Assembly (NCBI RefSeq): GCF_001194135.2
Contig: NC_068990.1
Coordinates: forward strand, 47,822,716-47,886,715
DNA from: Octopus bimaculoides
Lineage: Eukaryota
DNA length: 64,000 nucleotides
Reading direction: 5' to 3'
Position 1 is the stretch's first letter; each line of letters starts with the position of its first letter. Below, in pieces: positions 12,415 through 23,579 of this stretch. The translations under genes were made by a program, and so were the position numbers. Under the pieces are notes generated by a model. That model did not search any database and was not told where the DNA came from. It saw nothing but the letters and a program-made list of their open reading frames with translations.

Positions 12415-14748
12415 AGGCTCAAACACTGAGGACACATACACACATATGCGGGAACAAAAACGCATGAAATGATGAATGCAAAATGAAATTAATTACAATG
12501 AAAATGAGACGGCCATCTCGGCTCCGGTGCGAGATGAAACCGTGATTTCCTTTTTATTTTTAACATCAAATTTTAACGAAAAAGTCTCTACGCATGTAAT
12601 TTTTTTATTACTCACAAGGGGTGAACACAAAGGGGACATACACAGATATGCGGGAACAAAAAACATGAAAAGATGAATACAAAATTAAATTAATTACAAT
12701 GAAAATGAGACGGCTATCTCCGAGATGAAACCGCGATTTCCTTATTCTTTTTAACCTTACATTTTAACGAAAAACTTTTTACGAATGTTCATTCAACCGA
12801 GATGGTTACAGGATTTACTTTTTTTTAAAAAAAACAAAAGTTTAACCAACATTTTTTTACGAGTCTTTTCACAATCTTAAAACAAATCATAACTTACCAT
12901 TCTATCTTCTCTTTTATGTCAACATAATCCACCACCAAGGCACCTCCTGCCCCAGTGGATTCAGGTCCGGAGGAAAAGCTTCCTTCAAAGCATTATACTT
13001 TCCATCATCCATTAGGATACACCTCATTGTCTTGTCGTAACCTTCTCCTAAGTTCACTTTTACAATGGTTTTCAATTTTGAAATTCTTCTCTCTAACTTT
13101 TGCGTTGTCCTATATTTCACTAGAAAAAGCCTTACTTCTCTGTGCGTCTTGTATGTCTGTGTTTTGTGACTGTGACTCTGTGTTTTTCTGCTTCTGTAAT
13201 TCTAGGTTATCCTGTGATTGTCTGTCTATGCTTTTCTGTGATTGCATATCAGTGTATTTGTGAATCTGTGTGTTTGTGTGACTGTAAATCTGCGTGTTCC
13301 GTCTGTGCATCTGCGTTTTTAGGTTTCTATGATTCTGAGTTATCTCGTATCTGTTTGTCTATAGTTCTGTGTGTTTTCATGTCAGTGTGTTTGTGTATCT
13401 GTGGTTCTGAATGTTTAAATACTTGCACATCTTTGCTTTTGCTCGGTAATGAATCCTTATCTGTAGCATTTTTCACTTGTGATCCTACTGGCGAACTTTT
13501 CCTGCTTTTCTTTGTAGGTTGGTTTACTTCTCCTTCCATGGCTTTGTATTTTTTCTGTTCCATTATCGTTGATGACCTCCTCCTCTCTCTTTTTCTTGAT
13601 TTAACCTTCACAAAATCACCATCTTGTTCTGTTATCTGATTCTGCTGTTTCTCCCCCATTATATTCTCCTGAATACTCTCCTCTACGATTTCCACTGCTA
13701 CTCTAGGGCATTTCTTTCTTAAGTGACCTCCTTCACCACATTCGTGACAATTTGGGGGCTTCCCCTCCAACATTATCTCCAGCTTTATTTCATTTGGTAG
13801 CTCTAAAGTTTCATATTTTTTATTGCCAACAAGGGGCTTAAACATAGCGGGGACAAACAAGGACAGACAAAGTGATTAAGTCGATTACATCGACACCAGT
13901 ATGTAACTGGTACTTAATTTATCGACTCCGAAAGGATGAAAGGCAAAGTCGACCTCTGCGGAATTTGAGCTCAGAACGTAACGGCAGACAAAATGGCGCT
14001 AAGCATTTCGCTCAGCGTGCTAACGTTTCTGCCAGCTCACCGCCTTAGCTCTAAAGTTTCAGTTATTCCGTCATAATATTTGTGGCTCACTGCACAAATT
14101 ACCTCTATTCCATAGCCTTGCCACTTCACTTGTTCGGTCCGGCTTATCATGCCCATCCTCACCTCTTCGCTCTTTCTCTTCTTATCTCCGAAAAAAAATC
14201 GACGCTATTATCCCCTCTGGTTCTATACACGGTGGGATTCTTCCCACTCTAATTCTAACAATTCGTTTATCCAAACAGTTTTGCAGCAATGTCCATTTCT
14301 CTCCCTGTATCATCCTCTTGGAGGATTTTTCCGTCTCCTCCTCTGATACAAAGGATACCTCTATAGACGCATATCTCTTTCCTCTCGTAAAGAACGCTGT
14401 GTTGTCTCCTATATGTCTTTCCAAAATTTCTATTTCTTCCTGCGGCGCGTTTTCCATTCTTCTGTTTTTATTTGAATATTACCGTCATCTTTTCCATTTC
14501 AGTTTTTCCTCTTCTGGCAGGGTCAGTTTTATATTTGAACTCTCCTTCTTTGCCATATTACTATATTTCATTATCAGCTCTCTATTGCACTGCAACAACT
14601 CCTGTTTCAGCACACACGGGTCAACGGGTACTCGACCTCCAGCAGCTTCTGCATGACTTCTCATTCTTCACAATTATTCACTACCACCAAACAATGGCGG
14701 TCGCATAAAAAACCCCGCAGCAAAGCAAAAACACAAACGCTCACACCA
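12415..14748 (-). mobile_element. ORF1-only Tx1-derived element, family B (diverged), with duplicated 3' tail and a SINE insertion
   Basis: FTRGKRYASIEVSF and RIVRIRVGRIPP (14182-14457), knuckle CHECGEGGHLRKKC (~13720-13760), C-terminal MRCILMDDGKYNALKE (12914-13120). A non-coding tail follows at 12415-12900 with no ORF2. Confidence 0.75.
13814..14045 (-). mobile_element. tRNA-derived SINE (octopus OK-like) with 16-bp target-site duplication
   Basis: Minus strand starts aaggcggtgagctggcagaaacg and has the B-box-like sequence gagctcaaattcc. TSD tagctctaaagtttca at 13798-13813 and 14046-14061. Confidence 0.9.
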
Positions 14749-15295
14749 ATAAATGATGATAAAATGGTTGCATTGAGCCCCACTCTCATGCAGTAGCATT
14801 TGAACGTATTTACGCATAGTTTACAATCCATTTATCCCCCTGTTTTTTTTCTCTCCATTAGCAATTGTTTTTTAAACAATTTTAAACAATTTTACTTTTT
14901 TTCTTTTTTTAATACCTTATGAATGGTTCCAGTTCTCTTAATTCCACTACTGACGGCAGTTCGTCAAACTCCACTACAAATCCCGGCGGATCAATGTTAC
15001 ACATTTCCTTCAACCTATTGTATCTGTCTTTATCAATTACAATGGCTTTCACATTTTCTCCGTACGTATTATAGGTAGCTTAACCTATTTCTATTTTTCG
15101 TGATGACACTTTCAGTGTTTTACATATCACTGTTCTCTTCCATACTCCGTTCGTTAGTTCGTCTGGTGGCGCCATAAGGCCTTTTTTTTCCAGTAACATA
15201 CCGCATTCTTTTAGCATTTTCGTGCGAAACTCCAAAACATCCACGTCCACTCCTTTGCCAGTTGCTACCGCATAACTGTGGCCTTTTGCTGGTCC
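14749..15295 (-). mobile_element. Family A copy A4 (ORF1 N-terminus fused to C-terminus, partial tail)
   Basis: GPAKGHSY..KTLKVSSRK joins directly to NVKAIVIDKDRYNRLKEM. Hairpin at ~14770-14793. Confidence 0.75.
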
Positions 15296-16905
15296 AACCT
15301 TTTTTAAATATTTTATGAATGTTTCCAGTTATCTTAATTCCACTACTGGCCACAGTTCGGCAAACTCCACCACAAATCCCGATGGATCAATGTTACACAT
15401 TTCCTTCAACCTGTTGTATTTGTCTTTATCAATTACAATGGCTTTTACATTCTTTCCGTACGTATTCGCAGGTAACATAACCCTTATAACAGATTTAAAC
15501 TTCATTATCATTCTTTCAGTTGCTGTGCTCTTAGCATATGTAACGAAATTCCATCTGTGCTTTCTCGGCCTTCTCGCTTCTTTGCCTTTACTTTGCTCCA
15601 CTCTTGGCGCCTTCTCTCTGTCTTTACCCTCTTCCATTTTCGTTAGTGTGGTTTTTCTTCATGCTGTTGTCTTTCTAAATCGCCTAAAACTTCCTCCTCC
15701 ACTTGTATCACTTGTACCCTTGCTACTGTCTCCTTTTTCTCGAGCTCCTCCTCAACCTCTTTCTTAATCTCCTTTTCACTCTCCTTCTCAACCTCCTTCT
15801 CAGCCTCCTTATCCTCTTCTTTTTTCTCTTTCTGCCTCTCCGGCTGAGAGCTTACACTTTCTTTCCTCTTTCGTTTTTTATCTACTGTAAATTCTTCCTT
15901 TGTTCTTGCTGTCTCTTTCTCATCATCCTATACCACTTCGTTCATCCTCTCCTGCTCCTCAGACCATTCTATCTGTTGCTCCCTCTCTTCTCTCTAGGGT
16001 CATCTCGCTTTCATATGGCCTTTCTCGTCATACAGATAGCATATGGTAGGTCTACCCACCACTACTACTCTCAGTCTCATATCTTCGAGTATATCACAGA
16101 ATTATCTCCTCCGCAATTTTGTTCAGGACACTTAAACTTGTCTGTATGGCCATCTCTATGTCACAACCCCAGCAATTTAACCTTTTGGTTCGCGTCACTT
16201 TAAGTATTTTTACGTCTTTCTCCATGATAAACATTATCGCTACTACCAACCATGTTTCATTTATTTCTGGGGGGTACTTTTTCCTACTCTCACCCTGGCA
16301 ACACGCTTGCCAGAGTACGTTGGCAAAAGTACCCATTCTTCCGTCTTTATGGCTACAGTGGAGTGCTTTATCGCTTCGTCTTCGGTTGCGAATCGCACCT
16401 CCACAGTGTCATATCTTCTTCCTCTTGTGATGAAAGTGGTGAATTTTTTTCACTTCTTTTAAGCGTTCTTCAATGTCTTCGATTGATGGTATTTCAATTT
16501 TTTCGGGACGACACTTTCAGCGTTTTATATGTCACTGTCTTCCTCCTTACACTGTTCGTTAGTTCGTCTGGTGGCGTCAATTTTAGGTTATGGCCTTCTT
16601 TTTCCAGTGACGTCCGGCATTGTTTTAGCTTTTTCGGCTCTGTCTTTATCTCGCAAACCTCCAAAGCGTCCACATCCGCTCCTATGCCAGTTGCTGCCTC
16701 ATAACTGTGGCCTTTTGCTGGTCCAACCTCCATTTCTCTTCTCTTCTGAGGTTCTCCTATAAATGGGTAGAAAAACACAAATTAACAGACTCGTAAATAA
16801 AAACAGTTACAGCAATTACAACAGACAACAAGCGTGGCACACCAACGACGGAGACCTTTAACAAATATAACAAAAGATCATCACTTACTTCACTCGGAAT
16901 TGCAA
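15296..16905 (-). mobile_element. Family A copy A5 (near-complete, frameshifted ORF1 plus putative 5' UTR)
   Basis: Continuous MEVGPAKGHSY...TVEVRF...CYLCDEKGHMKAR...EKE-rich...KAIVIDKDKYNRLKEMCNIDPSG across ORFs 16494-16778, 16094-16336 and 15329-15637. Confidence 0.8.
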
Positions 16906-17945
16906 GGATTGCTTCAATTCTTTTATTAAGCACTCAGTCTTTTACACAGAGGGGACAGCACAAGGACAGACAGAACGCCACAGCGGGCACAAAGAACATA
17001 AAACGAATGAAAAATGAGAAAAATGTTATATAAAAATAAAAAATGGGATGGCTACATGAGCCCCACTCTCATGCAGTACCATTTTAACGTCTTTACTCAT
17101 AGTTTATAATTTTTTCCACCCCCCTCTGTTTTTTCTCCATTAGCATATCGGTTTTACTCATAGTTTATAATCTTTTTCCCCCCTGTTTTTTTTTCTCCAT
17201 TAGCATCGGTTTTGTTTTCTTTTTTTCAAAAAAAGAATTTTACTTTGTTTTTAATATCTTATGAATTGTTTCAGTTATCCTAATTCCACTACTGGTGGCA
17301 GTTCGTCAAACTCCACTACAAATCCCGGCGGATCAATGTTACACATTTCCTTCAACCTGTTGTATCTGTCTTTATCAAGTACAATGGCTTTCACATTCTC
17401 TCCGTACGTATCCACAGGCAACATAACCCTTATAACAGATTTTAAACTTCGTTATCTTTCTTTCAGTTGCTGTGCTCTTAGGATATATAACGTCTTTCTC
17501 CATGATAAACATTATCGCTGCTACCAACCATGTTTCATTTATTTCTGGGGGTACTTTTCCTACTCTCACTCTGGCAACACACTTGCCAGAGTACGTTTGC
17601 AAAAGTACCCATTCTTCCGTCTTTATGGCTTCAGTGGAGTGCTTTATCGCTTCGTCTTCGGTTGCGAATCGCACCTCCACAGTGCAATATCTTCTTCCTC
17701 TTGTTATGAAGCGCTCTTCAATGTCTTCGATTGATGGTATTTCAATTTTTCGGGACGACACTTTCAGCGTTTTATATGTCACTGTCTTCCTCCTTACACT
17801 GTTCGTTAGTTCGTCTGGTGGCATCAATTTTAGGTTATGGCCTTCTTTTTCCAGTAACATTACGCATTCTTTTAGAATTTTCTAAAACATCCACGTTCAC
17901 TCCTCTGCCAGTTGCTGCCGCATAACTGTGGCCTTTTGCTGGTTA
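16906..17945 (-). mobile_element. Family A copy A6 (internally deleted ORF1 plus complete 3' tail)
   Basis: ORF 17375-17860 matches the A5 N-half. Tail 16906-17260 has the hairpin (~17054-17076) and AATAAA (16922-16927). Ends at an N gap. Confidence 0.78.
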
Positions 17946-17968
17946 AATCTTTCACAGAAAAGGTTTAT

Positions 17969-18780
17969 NNNNNNNNNNNNNNNNNNNNNNNNNNNNNNNN
18001 NNNNNNNNNNNNNNNNNNNNNNNNNNNNNNNNNNNNNNNNNNNNNNNNNNNNNNNNNNNNNNNNNNNNNNNNNNNNNNNNNNNNNNNNNNNNNNNNNNNN
18101 NNNNNNNNNNNNNNNNNNNNNNNNNNNNNNNNNNNNNNNNNNNNNNNNNNNNNNNNNNNNNNNNNNNNNNNNNNNNNNNNNNNNNNNNNNNNNNNNNNNN
18201 NNNNNNNNNNNNNNNNNNNNNNNNNNNNNNNNNNNNNNNNNNNNNNNNNNNNNNNNNNNNNNNNNNNNNNNNNNNNNNNNNNNNNNNNNNNNNNNNNNNN
18301 NNNNNNNNNNNNNNNNNNNNNNNNNNNNNNNNNNNNNNNNNNNNNNNNNNNNNNNNNNNNNNNNNNNNNNNNNNNNNNNNNNNNNNNNNNNNNNNNNNNN
18401 NNNNNNNNNNNNNNNNNNNNNNNNNNNNNNNNNNNNNNNNNNNNNNNNNNNNNNNNNNNNNNNNNNNNNNNNNNNNNNNNNNNNNNNNNNNNNNNNNNNN
18501 NNNNNNNNNNNNNNNNNNNNNNNNNNNNNNNNNNNNNNNNNNNNNNNNNNNNNNNNNNNNNNNNNNNNNNNNNNNNNNNNNNNNNNNNNNNNNNNNNNNN
18601 NNNNNNNNNNNNNNNNNNNNNNNNNNNNNNNNNNNNNNNNNNNNNNNNNNNNNNNNNNNNNNNNNNNNNNNNNNNNNNNNNNNNNNNNNNNNNNNNNNNN
18701 NNNNNNNNNNNNNNNNNNNNNNNNNNNNNNNNNNNNNNNNNNNNNNNNNNNNNNNNNNNNNNNNNNNNNNNNNNNNNNNN
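17969..18780. other. Assembly gap (N run); other gaps at 1303-1548, 5536-5580, 19693-20110, 24961-24970, 50280-50469 and 58616-59341
   Basis: Runs of N. Confidence 0.99.
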
Positions 18781-18985
18781 CCCGTTCATCGGACAGTTTT
18801 GTTAGAAATGGAGAAAGGATAACAATGCAATCGAAAGTAATATAAAATTTAAAACACATGGATTCGTTTGATTGGTTGTTTCAAATAACGGCCATGGATT
18901 GGTCGTTTCAATTAACGGTCAAGGATGCGTAATGCACAGACCAAATAAATTTAATACAGATTCATCCTATTAAAAAAAATATCGA

Positions 18986-19692
18986 AGAAAACCTTAAATA
19001 GAAAAATGGGCTCAAAATACATATTGTAAATAATTAATTATATTCGAATTAACGCATTAAAATCAAATCAATAAAATAAAGTATACGCTGCATTCAAAAT
19101 AAAATAAAATAAAATTACAATAGCGTGTATGTATACAAGGCTATACACAACATTAAAAAAATAAATAGAATAGAATGAAGTAAAAAGTAAAAACAAGAGA
19201 GAAGAAAAATTATGTATATAACAGACGAAGGTTTTCTTAAAATGACGTAGGGGTCTTTACAAAATTCTCACAACGCTAAATAAATCATTTATAATTCGGT
19301 ACCAATCCAATAGCCAGATTGCAGAATGGTTATAAGGAGTCGATCATAGTCCAAAATTTTTACCCATATGGAATATTACATGCAGACATTTTAAATTTGG
19401 ACGCATGCCTACATGTGTTTAAAAGTTCGCGTCTTTGGTTTAGCGCCTTCTTATCCTGGAACAAGATATTCATTTTTTCTAATAAACAAAGATCACATTT
19501 CAATGGTCTCTTATGGGCACCGTGTCTGTAAGGCGATGCTTTGCCTAAAATCCTCCATGTCACGCTTATTTTATTTTATTTTGAATGCAGCGTATACTTT
19601 ATTTTATTGATTTGATTTTAATGCGTTAATTCGAATATAATTAATTATTTACAATATGTATTTTGAGCCCATTTTTCTATTTAAGGTTTTCT
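18986..19692 (-). mobile_element. Penelope-like element 3' fragment (GIY-YIG C-terminus) between inverted repeats
   Basis: WRILGKASPY..CDLCLLEK..LNQRRELLNTCRH..KF (19360-19563) is the typical PLE C-terminus. About 128-bp inverted repeats at 18986-19113 and 19566-19692. Confidence 0.75.
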
Positions 19693-20284
19693 NNNNNNNN
19701 NNNNNNNNNNNNNNNNNNNNNNNNNNNNNNNNNNNNNNNNNNNNNNNNNNNNNNNNNNNNNNNNNNNNNNNNNNNNNNNNNNNNNNNNNNNNNNNNNNNN
19801 NNNNNNNNNNNNNNNNNNNNNNNNNNNNNNNNNNNNNNNNNNNNNNNNNNNNNNNNNNNNNNNNNNNNNNNNNNNNNNNNNNNNNNNNNNNNNNNNNNNN
19901 NNNNNNNNNNNNNNNNNNNNNNNNNNNNNNNNNNNNNNNNNNNNNNNNNNNNNNNNNNNNNNNNNNNNNNNNNNNNNNNNNNNNNNNNNNNNNNNNNNNN
20001 NNNNNNNNNNNNNNNNNNNNNNNNNNNNNNNNNNNNNNNNNNNNNNNNNNNNNNNNNNNNNNNNNNNNNNNNNNNNNNNNNNNNNNNNNNNNNNNNNNNN
20101 NNNNNNNNNNAACCACTACCCCACCTTCACATCATCACACCCCAACATAGTCACCAGCTCCTATCCACACGCACATACACATCTCACATACACACACGCA
20201 CGTGCACCTACATTTTGGGATCACCAGTACTTTATTATCTCCCCTTCTTCCTAGCTCTCCTGTCCAACTACCTTTGTCCAACCA

Positions 20285-20470
20285 GTCACCATGATTGACC
20301 ACGACATGCTTTTTTTTAGTTTCCATCTACCAAATCCACTCACAAGGCTTTGGTCAGCCTGAAGCTATTGTAGGAGACACTTGCTCAAGGTGCCATGCAG
20401 TACGATGAGAACCCAGAACCATGTGATTGGTAAGCAAGGTACTTACCACACAGCCATGCCTGCACCTATA
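20285..20470 (-). mobile_element. tRNA-derived SINE
   Basis: Reverse complement aggtgcaggcatggctgtgtggtaag...ggttctgggttctc...ccaaagccttgtgagtggatttggtagatggaaac. Confidence 0.7.
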
Positions 20471-21879
20471 TTATTTTATTCTATTACTTGTTTCAGCCGT
20501 TTGACTGCGGCCATGCTGGAGCACCACCTTAAAATTAATAAAGATCAGGAGAATGGAGATTTACACATCCATGTTTTATTATACAGTTATTTGCAACATT
20601 CTTTCCTTGGACGTACACAGGTTTTGGCTGAATCCATCGCACACTGTTTTGGGTGCACCTTGGTGTTAATTGTTGGTGCGCGCACGCACGCACACACACG
20701 CACACACACACACACACACTTACACAATTGTTTGCAGAATCCAATAGAATCGAAGTGTTTTTGATAATAAGGATCCAAGGTAGAGTCCAGAACTACGTAC
20801 CTGTGTATCAACAGTGTGTATGGACACTCACATACTTACTAGAGTATATATGGATTTGTCCTTCCAGTTATGCATGCATCTACACATATAGACCAAATAC
20901 ACTCAATGTATATGTAAAATCACACAAGGGTATACTCTGGTTCAAGATCCAACGCAGGGGAGGTTCTGAGTGTGGTGTAGTATAAATAATAACACAAATG
21001 AGCTGAGGTTCACTACAGCTGTTTCAGACATGTTTTTTATTGATAAACAAATTAATTACATCTTGTGAATTAAACAAATTAATTACATCAGGTGAATTAA
21101 AATTAAAATCCAAAATTTGATATTTAGGATTTTCCCCCCAAAAGGTATAAAATGTATTTAGAATGTATTTTGATTCTCTCATCTTGATGTCAGTTGACTC
21201 TCTCTCTCTCTGTCAGTCACCCTCCTGCTCTCCACTTCCATCTCTTGCATAATTGGTGGTTACTTATTCCCTTTCTTCTCCCATTCCCCGTCTCTCACCT
21301 CTGTACTATTATACAACCTCCACCCACCCACTCTCACAGTCCTGCCTTACTCATTTCTACCCACCTCACCACCACTATTTTTACTGCTTTCTATTTTCAC
21401 CTTATCACTCCCATCCTCTCTCCTAAAATGTCAGTTGTCACAACATGAAACCTGTTCTATTTTAACCTTTTCTCTCATACTTTTACCCCACATCTCCCAG
21501 CATAAAGTAGTCCCCTAGGGAATTTGTGGTCTTGCAAACTGCATGGGGACCTCACTAGGTAGCATGGGAAAGATGCTTAGTATACATGTAAAGTGATTGG
21601 TGTTAGGAAAGTTGTTCAGTTGTAAAAAACCATACCAAAGCAGACACTGGAGAACAATGCAGTCTTTGGGCTCATCAAATCCTATCCAATCATCCAACTC
21701 ATATCAGAATGAAACATACACATTTAATGACGATGCTATATATATATTTAAAGCCATAGCTGTCACTTGCAAGCAAATATGACATAGCAACATGTGCCAT
21801 GCTTTTGTTTTAGTCATTTGTTTTAGCTATGTAGCCACAAGCAGATGTAAGCATCCTCTTAACTCCAGTACCTTTGACT

Positions 21880-22075
21880 GAATAGATTATCAGGAACTGA
21901 AGATTTGAGACATGGAGGGAAAATGGCTGTGCCAGTGGCCAGCTGGTGCTCCTTTTCAGTTGAATAGACTAGAGAAATATGAAATGAAGTATCTTATCCC
22001 AGGGTGTAATATGCTGCCCTGACCTAGGAATCGAGCCCATAATCTTTTGATAGTGTACTCAACACCATAACCATG
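21880..22075 (-). mobile_element. Degenerate tRNA-head SINE
   Basis: B-box-like ggctcgattcctagg followed by cctgggataagatacttcatttc on the minus strand. Confidence 0.4.
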
Positions 22076-22607
22076 ATATATAAAGCTTTGAAATAAATGT
22101 CTTTTACCATGTACAATTGCTACATGTTACTAAATTATCAGATCTATTTAAGACATCCTTCACAATGATTTTTTGAAATTATAACTATAATTTGAAAAAA
22201 AGAGGGTTACATTCTTAACCCTACATTTTCATAATTTGAAATGCACCTTTATCATATGGTATCTAAATTAATGATGCAGTTGTGTAGTTTTGAGATTTCT
22301 AAACTGTCATTCTCTATAACAGATTGCTATAAACAATGCAACCAACAGATTACCAACAATGGACACATTAATTTGCTCCAAAGTTCAACAATTCCTTTGT
22401 TCCTAAAGTTCAACAAATCTCAAATCATTCTCATATCAGCTGATATTTGATTACATTGTACAATTACCATGGTTACACTTGTCAGCACATGTTAAATAAC
22501 AAGTTCCTCATATCAGGTCCTGCTTGAATTAGATTAAAATTGCTGTTGGTATCAATAGTAAACACTTTCAGAAAACCCTTAATGCAACACTTAAACTTTG
22601 TGTACTC

Positions 22608-22750
22608 ATGGATTATGAAGCAACTATTACAAATATTGGGCACTTTGGTAATTACCAGAAGTTAGTTCTATGCTTGTTGGGCTTCTTTTTCATGGCAAGT
22701 GGTATAGAAACACTATTAAATGTGTTTATAATTTATGTTCCAGAATTCAG
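22608..22750 (+). CDS. SLC22-like coding exon 1 (N-terminus and TM1)
   Basis: MDYEATITNIGHFGNYQKLVLCLLGFFFMASGIETLLNVFIIYVPEF, then AG|gtaag (phase 2). Candidate upstream acceptor tttcag at 22566-22571. Confidence 0.9.
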
Positions 22751-22766
22751 GTAAGATTTAGATTTC

Positions 22767-22820
<54 letters not shown>

Positions 22821-23169
22821 CACTGTAAATATTTGCTATTAATCTTATTTTGTGTAAAGGTCAAGAGAATCATTTAAAACACATTACATTCGTTTTCATT
22901 ATAATCTTTTATTGTATTGCATATTGGTAGACGTCAACAAGTTTTGTCATACATTTATGGCCTGGTTATATTGACACAATATCATCATAGTGAGATCATA
23001 GATACACAACACAAATATAGTGGGTAGGGGTTAAGAAACCTAATTAATAGCCATGAGATTTCAGGTTCAGTCCCACTTTGCCATACTTTGAATAAATGTC
23101 CTCTGCTATAGTCCTGATTTGGCAAATGCCTTGTGAGTAAATTTGATAGATGGGAACTGTGCAGAAGCC

Positions 23170-23204
<35 letters not shown>

Positions 23205-23544
23205 CCTCTCTCGCTCTCTTCCTCTCTCTCTCTTTTCCTCTCTCTCCTCTCTTTCTCTGTATGTGTGTATGTGTGTGTGTGCATCACCATCACCATAGTT
23301 GTTGTCATCGCCATTGTTTCAACATCCACTTTTCTATGCTTGCCTAGGTCAGACAGAATTTGACAGGGAGGCACAAACACACACACACACATGCACATAT
23401 ACATGCAGACATACATACACTCATACATACATACATACTTAAATATAAGAGAACATTATTAGTCCTAAAATAATAGCATTAGTGGCCGCGAGTGTATATA
23501 TATACACACATATATACACATACATATGCATATAAAAATTTGTG

Positions 23545-23579
<35 letters not shown>

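Noticed and set aside
13814-14045. tRNA gene
   Set aside because: A/B-box-like motifs only, with no cloverleaf; TSD and multiple copies indicate a SINE.
19215-19275. Second hammerhead in the small Penelope fragment (minus strand ..gtaaaga-cccct..gaaaac-cttc-gtc)
   Set aside because: No CUGANGA core and stems I and II do not pair; at best a relic.
20111-20125. aaccact after the gap as the missing partner TIR of the hAT element at 1-2260
   Set aside because: Only a 7-nt match at a gap edge, 18 kb away; not significant.
17897-20298. Long ORFs of 155-320 aa in the track, also at 1173-1796, 50149-50513 and 58448-59575
   Set aside because: They are open only because they run through N gaps.
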